Positions 1 to 10,883 of a DNA stretch of 64,000 nucleotides are shown piece after piece. This DNA comes from Deltaproteobacteria bacterium (GTDB lineage Bacteria > Myxococcota_A > Polyangia > Polyangiales > Houyiibacteriaceae). Made by a program: the position numbers and the translations under genes. Location: NCBI GenBank assembly GCA_034670305.1, contig JAXMNT010000010.1, forward strand, positions 32,001 to 96,000. The letters run 5' to 3'. Positions within the stretch are counted from its first letter, which is position 1. Every line of letters begins with the position of its first letter. The notes beneath the pieces were generated by a model. That model was not told the origin of the DNA, did no database searches, and worked only from the letters and a program-made list of their open reading frames with translations.

Positions 1-419
1 TCCTGATCGAGGTCCCCAGCAAGCGCCGGCGCGAGTTGCAGGATCGCCGCCGATCGCAGCGCGGCGAGACCTTCTTCGCCGAACTCGGCCCGCACTTCGG
101 CGGTCGCCTCGACAAGCGCCCTGCCCCGTTGGTCGTAGACCTCCGCCAGTTCGCCCTCTCCCACTTCTTCGCGTCCCTGTTCGAGGAACAGTCCGACCAG
201 TCGGTCCACCTTGGGACCCGTCGGGGCGCTTTCGGTGCGGGCCTGGTCCTGTGCGAGAACCGCCGCGGTCGCGGCGGGGTCGAGCACGAGCACAGGGAGT
301 TCCCGCGGAAGCACGGGACGTGGCACCATCCAGGCGAGGCCCGCCCCCGCGGCGCCCAAAATCAGCAACAGCAGACGCGCACCGCTCGGTGTCACTCGCT
401 TGACGGAACGACCGCTCAT
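1..419 (-). CDS. hypothetical membrane-anchored protein (partial, runs off window start)
   Basis: Manual translation from ATG at 419: MSGRSVKRVTPSGARLLLLILGAAGAGLAWMVPRP..., hydrophobic N-terminus, frame open to position 1. Confidence 0.65.
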   Translation of the reverse strand, partial: MSGRSVKRVTPSGARLLLLILGAAGAGLAWMVPRPVLPRELPVLVLDPAATAAVLAQDQARTESAPTGPKVDRLVGLFLEQGREEVGEGELAEVYDQRGRALVEATAEVRAEFGEEGLAALRSAAILQLAPALAGDLDQ

Positions 420-551
420 CGGTAAGCCTCCTGACCCCGGTGGCGGCATTCTTGCTGTGCCCCCGAGAGAAGTACCCGCCTTGAATCCCCCCCTCGCCCA
501 CCGCTCCGCGCGCTTTGTTTCCGCCGCCGCGCATCCTTGGAGGAACGCCTC

Positions 552-878
552 GTGACCGGACGCCGCGTACATGAGAGATACGACTGCGACATCCCGCTCC
601 ACGTGCAGCGGGAGGGCGAAGAAGAGTTCACCGGCGAGGTCGTCAACATCAGCCTCGGGGGCATCTACTGCCTCACCGACGTCACGATTCCGTACGGCAC
701 AGAGGTGAAGCTACGCTTCCGCGTGCCCGCACTCAAGGAAGACGCCATTGTCGCGGCGACCGTGCGCTGGGCCAAACCGGATGGGGTGGGCTTCCAGTTC
801 GGCAGCTTGCGCGCGATCGAGGTCTGGGCGCTGAACCAGTTCTTCAAGAACCTGACCCCGACCGCACCGCTCGAGTAG
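552..878 (+). CDS. PilZ domain protein (c-di-GMP receptor)
   Basis: RxxxR (RVHER) and D/NxSxxG (NISLGG) motifs; GGAGGA RBS before GTG at 552. Confidence 0.85.
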   Translation: MTGRRVHERYDCDIPLHVQREGEEEFTGEVVNISLGGIYCLTDVTIPYGTEVKLRFRVPALKEDAIVAATVRWAKPDGVGFQFGSLRAIEVWALNQFFKNLTPTAPLE

Positions 879-879
879 C

Positions 880-3150
<2,271 letters not shown>

Positions 3151-3245
3151 GAAGGCACGGTACACCGGCGCAGGCCAGGTGTGACTGGGCACGTGCCTGG
3201 TACCGCCAGTCTGGCAAAGCGAGCCAGGCCCGTGGCGCAAGCAAA

Positions 3246-4289
3246 TCAGTCGGTGAACACGTAGAGGGCGCCTTGGTTGTAGAACGCTGCCTGGACGCTG
3301 GCGGCCGGCGGGGCGCCCGGCCGCGCGAACGGGGTGAAGCTGCTGTACGCCGCACGCTCGAAGAACTCGAAGCAGGAGCCCGCGTCGTTGAGGTGCACGT
3401 GGGTCGACGTGAGGTCGGCCGTGTACGGACCGATGCTCGTGGCGGCCGCACCGCAGAGGTCGCGGGGGCTCCCGACCGCCCACCCGTCGGCGTTGTCGAG
3501 GTCCAGCCACTCGGCGAGGATGTCGCTCCGGCTCGGCGCCAGAGGCGCCCGCCACGCATCCCCGAAGTCCGTCACCTGTCCGTCGAGCACGGCCTCACGC
3601 GTCGTGAGCGAGATGCGCCCGGTGTAGGCCACGGCCACGCCGCTGATGACCAACCCTTCCTGCCCGGGCGTCCCACCCACGTGGGCCTCTGGGATCGAAA
3701 TCGCGGCGATGAGCGGTGTGCCAGAGGCCTCCGGGAACAGGTCGTTGCGTGCGCCGCCGCCGGTCCAGCGCATCGCGGAGAGATCGAGCACATGGTAGGT
3801 CGCGTCGGTCAACGCGTACGCGACGGCCAGGGACTCGAGGTCGAACGCGGCGCGGATGGGCGTGTCCGGCGCGAAGGCACCGCCGGGGAGTGCCGTCGCG
3901 GTCCAGGCAGTGGCCCCAGAGGCGAACCGGTAGAAGCGACAAGGGCCGCCGCACGGTCCGGCGTCGACCCCCACGAAGGCATCGGTGCCGGCATCGGTGC
4001 CGGGTGCATCGGCCGCCGGCGCGTCGGTTCCAGCATCGGCCGGACCGGGGGCGTCTTCGTTGCCCGCATCCCGCGCCGGGGGCGCGTCTTCGTTCCCCGC
4101 GTCCACCCCGGGCGGCACGCAGAAGCCGTTGATGCAACGCTCGAGCCCGACGCAGTCCGCACCTCGAGAACACATCGCGAGCGTTTCGCCGCCCGCCGCA
4201 CAGCCTGCCAGGGCCACCACGCCGAAGAGCACCAGCCCTGCCGAAATACCCTCTGCCGCGATGCCAACCCGTTCCATGCGTCCCCACAT
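3246..4289 (-). CDS. hypothetical lipoprotein with Cys-rich N-module and DAG-repeat linker
   Basis: Lipobox LAGC; DAGNEDAP tandem repeats; start uncertain (4289 or 4277). Confidence 0.7.
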   Translation of the reverse strand: MWGRMERVGIAAEGISAGLVLFGVVALAGCAAGGETLAMCSRGADCVGLERCINGFCVPPGVDAGNEDAPPARDAGNEDAPGPADAGTDAPAADAPGTDAGTDAFVGVDAGPCGGPCRFYRFASGATAWTATALPGGAFAPDTPIRAAFDLESLAVAYALTDATYHVLDLSAMRWTGGGARNDLFPEASGTPLIAAISIPEAHVGGTPGQEGLVISGVAVAYTGRISLTTREAVLDGQVTDFGDAWRAPLAPSRSDILAEWLDLDNADGWAVGSPRDLCGAAATSIGPYTADLTSTHVHLNDAGSCFEFFERAAYSSFTPFARPGAPPAASVQAAFYNQGALYVFTD

Positions 4290-4309
4290 GACGGGCAGTC
4301 TACCACTGG

Positions 4310-5116
4310 TCAGTTGCCTTCTTCGGCCGCGTGTTTTCTGCGTTTGACGCCGGCCCGGGCCCGGCTGCCGAGCGAGAGCAAGGACTCGACGATCGCGATG
4401 ACGATGTAGGTCGCGAGCAGCCACACGAGGGCGAACGACATGTGGTAGCGCCAGGCGACGAAGATCGTCGAGCCGATCGCGAAGAGCACGAAGAAGAGCG
4501 TGCGCCAGGACAGCTTGATGTCCTTGAACGACCGAAAGCGGATGGTGCTCACCATGAAGAACGAGAGCATGATCACCACCCCGAGGATGAGCGCGGAGGA
4601 GCCGAGCACATCGCGCGCCGCCGTCTGACGCGCCGCGGTGTTGGCGACGACCAGGGAGATCAGGATGCCGGCCGCCGCAGGAATCGGCAGCCCGAGAATG
4701 TACTTCCCAGGGGTCTTCGGAGCCCCGGTCTCGCCCATGGTCAACACGTTGAACCGGGCGAGCCGCACGGTGCCGCACGCGATGTAGGCGAAGCAGACGA
4801 GCATGCCGGCCGTGCCGTAGACGTCCAGCGACCAGCGGTACACCAGCACGGCGGGCGCCACCCCGAAGCTCACCACGTCGGCCAAGCTGTCGAGCTGTAC
4901 CCCGATCGCGCTCTGCGTCTTGGTGAGCCGGGCGACCCGGCCGTCGATCGTGTCGAAGAACATCGCGAAGATGATGAGCAGCGACGCCCGGTAGAAATCG
5001 TCCCCGCTCGCGTCCGGCAGCGTGCAGGTGAGGATCGCGTAGTACCCACACAACACGCTCGAGAGCGTGAAGAGGTTCGGAAGGATGAACAGGCTCTTGC
5101 GGAGGTCGACCCTCAC
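4310..5116 (-). CDS. pssA: CDP-diacylglycerol--serine O-phosphatidyltransferase
   Basis: LPNLFT start; CDP-alcohol phosphotransferase motif DGRVAR...G..LDSLADVVSFGVAP; RLARFN; GLPIP. Confidence 0.9.
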   Translation of the reverse strand: MRVDLRKSLFILPNLFTLSSVLCGYYAILTCTLPDASGDDFYRASLLIIFAMFFDTIDGRVARLTKTQSAIGVQLDSLADVVSFGVAPAVLVYRWSLDVYGTAGMLVCFAYIACGTVRLARFNVLTMGETGAPKTPGKYILGLPIPAAAGILISLVVANTAARQTAARDVLGSSALILGVVIMLSFFMVSTIRFRSFKDIKLSWRTLFFVLFAIGSTIFVAWRYHMSFALVWLLATYIVIAIVESLLSLGSRARAGVKRRKHAAEEGN

Positions 5117-5293
5117 CGAGCCGCCGACTTCTTGTCCGACGACGGCGCCTTCACCCTTTGGGAGGGGCGAATCGCCACGCGCGACCGTGCCGCGGTGCCC
5201 CACACACGGCTCGGGTGCGCGCCCCCTCGATCCTCCGCGTGCCTCGGTCCCATGCGCCGATTGGTGTAGGCCCCGGAGGACCCTTCCGCAAGG

Positions 5294-7393
5294 TCAGCGT
5301 CCGGACTTGGGGCCCGACCGGCCTTTGCCACGTCGGCTCGGCCCGGACTTCGAGCCGCCCTTGCCTGGGCCGCCCGCGCCCCCCTTGCCCTGGCCGCCCT
5401 CGCTGCTCGAGCCACCGCTCGAACCGCCCGAACGCGACGCAGATCGCGACGTGCGTTTGCTGCCCGCTTTGCCGCCTCGGCCAGCACCCGCGCGGGCCCG
5501 CGCGCCTCGTTTGGTGTGGATCGAGAGCGAACCTTTGCCGCGTGCGGGCGGCACCAGCGCGCCTGGGTGGCTTCCGATCAGATCGTGCCGCCCGGCTTTC
5601 GCAAGGGCCTCGCGGGCGAGGTCGTGGTGGGCCGGGTCCCAGTACAGGAGCAACGCCTTCTGCAGCCGCTTCGAACGCAGGTCCTTGGCGGTGTACACGG
5701 GCTCCTGGCTGAAGGGGTCGAGGCCGGTGTGGTACATGCTCGTCGCCATCGACATCGGCGTCGGGATGAAGTCCTGGACCTGCCGGGGACGAATGCCCTT
5801 CTTCTTCAGGTAGAGGGCCAGCGCGACCATGCTCGCGAGGGTCGAACCCGGGTGGCCCGAGATGTAGTAGGGCACGAGGTGCTGGTCTTTGCCGGCGTCT
5901 TCCGAGGCGCACGCGAACATGTCTGCGAACCGCTCGTAGCTCTCGGCGCCCGGCTTCTTCATCTTGTCGAGCACGTCGTCGTCGACATGCTCCGGCGCCA
6001 CCGAGAGCTGTCCACCGGTGTGGTGTTCGGCGAGCTCCTTGGTGAACTCGGGCGAGAGCTCCGCGAGGTCGTAGCGCACCCCGCTGGCGATGAAGACCTT
6101 CGAGACGCCCTTCTCGGCGCGCACCTTCTGGAGCAGATCGACGAGCGGCGCGTGGTCGGTGACGAGGTTCTCGCACACCCCCGGATGCACGCAGCTCAGG
6201 CGTCGACAGGCCTTTTCGATCTTCGGGTCCTTGCACGCCATTTGATACATGTTCGCGGTCGGCCCACCGACGTCGGTGATGACGCCGCGGAAGTCGCCCA
6301 TGCGGCGCAATGCCCGCACCTCGCGAAGCACGCTCTCTGCGGAGCGCGAAGAGATCACGCGCCCTTCGTGTTCGGTGATGGAGCAGAACGTGCACCCGCC
6401 GAAGCAGCCCCGCATGGTCACGATCGAGTGTTTGACGGTCTCGAACGCCGGGATCGGATCCGCGTAGTCGGGGTGGGCTTCGCGCACGAACGGGAGGTCG
6501 TAGAGCTCGTCCATCTCGTCGGTCTCGAGCGCGAACGCCGGCGGGTTGAAGTACACCGCCTGGTCCCCGTGGGGCTGCACGAGCGGGCGGCCGTTCCCAG
6601 GGTTCGTTTCGTGCTGGAACGCGCGCGACATCAAGCTGAACGCTTGCTGCTTCGTGCGCACGTCTTCGTAGCTTGGGAGATGAACCGGTTTGCCGTCGGT
6701 CACGTAGCGGCTCTCGGGAAGCGATTCCCACGTGCCCTTCTTCATCACGAACGCCGTGCCGCGGATGTCGCGCAGGTCGGAGATGGACTCGCCCTTGTCG
6801 AGCCGCTTCGCGATCTCCCACACCGGGCGTTCGCCCATGCCGAAGACGAGCATGTCGGCTTTGGCGTCCATCAAGACGCTCCGCCGAACCTTGTCGCTCC
6901 AGTAGTCGTAGTGGGCGATGCGGCGAAGCGACGCTTCGATGCCACCGAGCACGATGGGCACCCCGGGCATCGCACCACGAACCAGGTTCGAGTACACGAT
7001 GCTCGCGCGGTTCGGCCGAGCGCCGGTCCGGCCCCCCGGAGAGTACTGGTCGTCGGACCGCACCTTCTTCTGCGCGGTCAGCTTGTTGAGCATGCTGTCG
7101 AGGTTGCCGGCGGCGACCCCGACGAAGAGGCGCGGCTTGCCCATCACGAGCAGATCGTCCGGCCGGTCCCAGCGGGGCTGCGCGATGAACCCCACCCGGA
7201 ACCCACGTGCTTCGAGGAACCGGGCGATCAACACCGGCCCGAACGCGGGGTGGTCGACGTAGGCGTCGCCGCTGATGATCAGGATGTCGATCTCGGCCCA
7301 CCCGCGGGCGTCGAGGTCCGCGCGGCATGTGGGCAAGAACGCCTGCTGAGGCGCGGCGCCCTTGCGTCGGATCTGTACGGTCTGGGTTTGCAT
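5294..7393 (-). CDS. ygiQ: YgiQ/UPF0313 family radical SAM protein
   Basis: GDAYVDHPAFG N-domain; CxxxCxxC (CFGGCTFC); DVGGPTANMY; QDFIPTPMS; basic G/S/K/R-rich tail. Confidence 0.9.
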   Translation of the reverse strand: MQTQTVQIRRKGAAPQQAFLPTCRADLDARGWAEIDILIISGDAYVDHPAFGPVLIARFLEARGFRVGFIAQPRWDRPDDLLVMGKPRLFVGVAAGNLDSMLNKLTAQKKVRSDDQYSPGGRTGARPNRASIVYSNLVRGAMPGVPIVLGGIEASLRRIAHYDYWSDKVRRSVLMDAKADMLVFGMGERPVWEIAKRLDKGESISDLRDIRGTAFVMKKGTWESLPESRYVTDGKPVHLPSYEDVRTKQQAFSLMSRAFQHETNPGNGRPLVQPHGDQAVYFNPPAFALETDEMDELYDLPFVREAHPDYADPIPAFETVKHSIVTMRGCFGGCTFCSITEHEGRVISSRSAESVLREVRALRRMGDFRGVITDVGGPTANMYQMACKDPKIEKACRRLSCVHPGVCENLVTDHAPLVDLLQKVRAEKGVSKVFIASGVRYDLAELSPEFTKELAEHHTGGQLSVAPEHVDDDVLDKMKKPGAESYERFADMFACASEDAGKDQHLVPYYISGHPGSTLASMVALALYLKKKGIRPRQVQDFIPTPMSMATSMYHTGLDPFSQEPVYTAKDLRSKRLQKALLLYWDPAHHDLAREALAKAGRHDLIGSHPGALVPPARGKGSLSIHTKRGARARAGAGRGGKAGSKRTSRSASRSGGSSGGSSSEGGQGKGGAGGPGKGGSKSGPSRRGKGRSGPKSGR

Positions 7394-7415
7394 CACCGGG
7401 TTTGCTTCACTGAGG

Positions 7416-7952
7416 TCACAACATTTCGGGTCGGCGACCAAGCCGGTAAGGCACGAGCATGCGCTCGCTGGTGCAGGTCCCGCCGAAACACATCTCGCCG
7501 GTGCAATCGGGCAATCCGCGCGACTGGAAGGAGAGGTTCACGTCGACGCCGTCGGGGAGCTCGGGACCGATGAACGGGTTGCCGAGGTCTTTGTCGATCA
7601 CTCCGTCGTCGGCGACCGCGTCCCCCATCTCTCCGTCGTCGCGCACGGTGAGGATGTCGAAGATGCGGGGCGAGTCCCCAAGCGTCAGCATCTGGATGCC
7701 GACTTCGTGCCGGCGGGGCGGATCGCTGCAACGGCTCAGCTCGACATGGATCTGGATCCGCGCGTCTCGGTCGTCGACCACGACCCGATCGGGGGTCAGC
7801 GTCGCGACCTCCACAATCGAGATCTCCCGCGGCAAACAGTTGGGCACCGTCTCCCCGGCGCAGTTGCGCTCGAAGTCGGTCTCCGGTCCGCACGAGAACG
7901 CCGCGGCCAAACACGCCGTCAGGCTCGCGACGAAGAAACGTCGCGGTTTCAT
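7416..7952 (-). CDS. hypothetical lipoprotein
   Basis: Signal peptide ending AFSC; acidic DDGEMGDAVADDG motif; ATGA overlap with upstream gene. Confidence 0.7.
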   Translation of the reverse strand: MKPRRFFVASLTACLAAAFSCGPETDFERNCAGETVPNCLPREISIVEVATLTPDRVVVDDRDARIQIHVELSRCSDPPRRHEVGIQMLTLGDSPRIFDILTVRDDGEMGDAVADDGVIDKDLGNPFIGPELPDGVDVNLSFQSRGLPDCTGEMCFGGTCTSERMLVPYRLGRRPEML

Positions 7953-9667
7953 CGGCGGCGACGGGGGTTTTCGTAGACGGTCACGATCGGCACACCGTCC
8001 AGGGTGAGCACATGGACCGGCTGTGTCGAGCCGAACGCCACCCACGCCTGGAAATCGACCTCCGCGAAGTGGTGTTCGTGGTGGACCATCACGAAGTCCG
8101 CGCTGGGCAGATCCATCGTCCCTCGGATGTTTCGGGGCAGGTGGCCGTCGCGCTGGAGCATCGTCCACGCACTCGGCAGCGTGTCGCACAGGTACACACT
8201 CCCGCCGTTCGGCATCTCCCGCTTGAAGAACTCGGTGAGGCTGCCGGTGGTGAAGCCCCAGAACTGACGGTTCATGCCGTGGTCCGCCGCCCCGGGCACC
8301 CCACCGGCCGCGGCGGTGTAGTGCGAGAGTCCAAACGGGTGCGAGTGGTGGGTCTCGATGGCGAGTGGCGCGAGAAGCACCACCGCCGCGAGGGCCCGCG
8401 CGGTATCGCCGGCTTTGGGAAGCCGCGCGCCGAGCGCATGCCGGAAACTGTGCGCGACCCGCACGAACCCAAACCCCGCGTAGAGCGCGAAGAAGGGATA
8501 CGCGGTAAGCCAGTGTTTGGTGCCGCCGAAGATCGGACTCGAAGGAAGCGCGATGACCACGAGCGGGGCGAGCAGACACCCGAAGAGCAACACATCGGTG
8601 TGCGCGGCGTCGGCCTGCACGTCGCCCTTGGGCCAGATCCGCTTCGCGATTCCATCGGGCAAAAGTGCGCGGGCGCGGCGGCTGAGTCCGAGCCCGACCA
8701 GAACGAGGAAGGTGAGCGGCACCGTGAAGAGCGTCAGCACGAACGGGAACGCGATGGGGAACGGCGGCTCGAAGTAGGTTCGGCCGAAGTACACCATGTT
8801 GTAGTACTCGTGGCTCAGGTGGAACCGAATGTAGAACCCGATGCGCGGGAGGATGGTCTCGAGGTCCCAGAGCCACGGCCAGGTCGCGACGAAGATCAGC
8901 GGCCCGATCGTCGCCATCGAGAGCAACCACCAAGGCCGGGACGACAGCGATGCTGAGATGCGCTCGCCTTTCTTGCGACGGCTGCGCACCGAGACGGTGG
9001 TCCACACGAAGTGGATGAGAAAGATGGGGGGCAGGATCCAGCTGTTGTGTTTGGTGGCGAGCGCCAACCCGAACGCGATGCCCGCCATCACCGCCCAGCT
9101 GCGACTGCGCAGCGACCGCCAATACGCATAGACCGCGAACGTGATCGCGAGCGTGATCGGCACATCGAAGCAGTCGAGGTGCGCGTGGTAGAAGGCGCGC
9201 GGCAAAAGCGCATACGACGCGGCCGCGAACGCGCCGGCGGGGCGGCCGAAAACCCTCGCGCCGAAGATGTAGAGCAGCCACAACAGCAACCCCGCGCATG
9301 CCATGCCGGGAAACCGGAACGCGAGTGAATCGGTCGCGAAGAACCCCTGCGCTGGCGCGTCCCGAGCGGCGCCCGGGTCCTTCTTGGACTCGTGCAGCAG
9401 CCAGCTCAGCGCGAACATCGACTTCACGAGTCCGGGGTGCTCGCTGTTGAAGCTCCAGCCGTGGTCGATGGCTTCCGGAGTCAGCGCTTCGGTCCGGTCG
9501 TCGGCGTAGAGGCGCATCCACGCCCCGTAGTCCTGCGCCGCCCGCACGTAGAACCCCTCGTCCCGCGACATACCGATGTCGGCCGCGGTGGGGATCAGCA
9601 GCGCAACGTACGCCACACACAAGACCAGCCCGACGAGGTGGTCTCGAAAGCCGATCCTCGGCGTCAT
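7949..9667 (-). CDS. GT-C fold glycosyltransferase (ArnT/PMT, GT39/GT83-like)
   Basis: Multi-TM; RDEGFY and NSEHPGLVK first-loop motifs; GLALATKHN. Confidence 0.8.
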   Translation of the reverse strand: MTPRIGFRDHLVGLVLCVAYVALLIPTAADIGMSRDEGFYVRAAQDYGAWMRLYADDRTEALTPEAIDHGWSFNSEHPGLVKSMFALSWLLHESKKDPGAARDAPAQGFFATDSLAFRFPGMACAGLLLWLLYIFGARVFGRPAGAFAAASYALLPRAFYHAHLDCFDVPITLAITFAVYAYWRSLRSRSWAVMAGIAFGLALATKHNSWILPPIFLIHFVWTTVSVRSRRKKGERISASLSSRPWWLLSMATIGPLIFVATWPWLWDLETILPRIGFYIRFHLSHEYYNMVYFGRTYFEPPFPIAFPFVLTLFTVPLTFLVLVGLGLSRRARALLPDGIAKRIWPKGDVQADAAHTDVLLFGCLLAPLVVIALPSSPIFGGTKHWLTAYPFFALYAGFGFVRVAHSFRHALGARLPKAGDTARALAAVVLLAPLAIETHHSHPFGLSHYTAAAGGVPGAADHGMNRQFWGFTTGSLTEFFKREMPNGGSVYLCDTLPSAWTMLQRDGHLPRNIRGTMDLPSADFVMVHHEHHFAEVDFQAWVAFGSTQPVHVLTLDGVPIVTVYENPRRRR

Positions 9668-10749
9668 GGGATCGACTCCGACGAAGCGGCGGGGCCGCGG
9701 GTGCTCGCCGCCCAGCACAGGGTGCGCATGTCCGGCTGGTCCGCGCGCACCTCGATCGTCACGTCGCCCCGCGCGCGATCGCCGCGCGCCCGGGTCTCGG
9801 TCGAGACCTCGAGCCGCTTCCAGCCATCGCCGTCGCGGTGGACCATCGTGCCGATCGACTCGCCGTCGAGTTCGACCTCGACCTCGACCGTGCCACCCGT
9901 GAGGGGGCGTTCGTGCACGTAGTACAGGCCCGCGTGCAGCACGATGCGTTCGCCGAGGGGCACGTTGCGCAGGGTCGTCCGCACCGGCTCACCCGACGCG
10001 GGGTGCTGCCACACGCAGCGCCGCGGCTGGAGATCGAGATCCTCGAGCACGGTCTCGCCGACGAAGAGCCATGGCTGCGGCCCGCAATGAAACCGGTCCT
10101 TCGGCCAGAGCGCGCCCCGCCCGAGACCGCCGCCTTCCGCGCGCCGCGATTGCCACCGGCACGCGCGCTCGCCGATGCGCACCTCGGCCTGCGGCAACGC
10201 GTCGATCAGGTTCGCCACGATCGGGCTGGGCCCGATGTCGTGCAGCCGGACCGACACCTCGCCGAACTCATGCAGCGGGAGCGGCTCTGCGTCGCGTGGA
10301 TTCAACCCCCGGTGCCAGTGCCCCCGGATCGACACCTCCCACACCCGTTCGAACGGCGCGAAGTCCGCGCGTCCGGCGGCCGCGATCGGGATCTCGTCCC
10401 CGAGGTGCAGCCGCAGGAGAGGGTCCGCCCAGTCCGGCGCGACCAGAATCAAATCCCCTGGCTGCTTCTCGGAGCGGATGTAGGCACTCGCGGCTTCCCA
10501 GTCCGAATCCGGCGGCACCCGAGAGCGGATCACGAAGTGCGCGGTCAGCTCGAACAGGACCACCATGGCGAGCAGCCACCACGGCCAGCGCGCACGCCAG
10601 GTCGTCCACGAGAAGGTCAGGCGCGGAGGATCCGATGCCACGCCGGACCGTACCCGAACCCCCGCCCCCACGCGACGCCCAGTTTCTACCGGTTCGGATT
10701 CTCGGATAGGGTGCACAACGATGCGATCGTTTGTGCTTTTCGAGGGCAC
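9664..10749 (-). CDS. hypothetical membrane-anchored protein
   Basis: 361 aa ORF with one TM segment; ATGA coupling to the glycosyltransferase. Confidence 0.7.
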   Translation of the reverse strand: MPSKSTNDRIVVHPIRESEPVETGRRVGAGVRVRSGVASDPPRLTFSWTTWRARWPWWLLAMVVLFELTAHFVIRSRVPPDSDWEAASAYIRSEKQPGDLILVAPDWADPLLRLHLGDEIPIAAAGRADFAPFERVWEVSIRGHWHRGLNPRDAEPLPLHEFGEVSVRLHDIGPSPIVANLIDALPQAEVRIGERACRWQSRRAEGGGLGRGALWPKDRFHCGPQPWLFVGETVLEDLDLQPRRCVWQHPASGEPVRTTLRNVPLGERIVLHAGLYYVHERPLTGGTVEVEVELDGESIGTMVHRDGDGWKRLEVSTETRARGDRARGDVTIEVRADQPDMRTLCWAASTRGPAASSESIP

Positions 10750-10883
10750 CCATCGAGCGGACCCTCGCGGAGCATCACACCAGCGAGGTGCTCACGTTGA
10801 AGGATGCCGCCCGAGACCGAGCGGCATCCGAAACGCAGATTCTCGAAGCGATCCTGGGGTGAGCCCTGGTCCGCTGGGGACCG

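Noticed and set aside
3151-3555. N-terminal extensions in the ORF track (maeB, pdhC, cpaC, tadG, amine oxidase, S9 peptidase, trypsin)
   Set aside because: They overlap neighbouring genes; family motifs, RBS or stop/start overlaps indicate later starts
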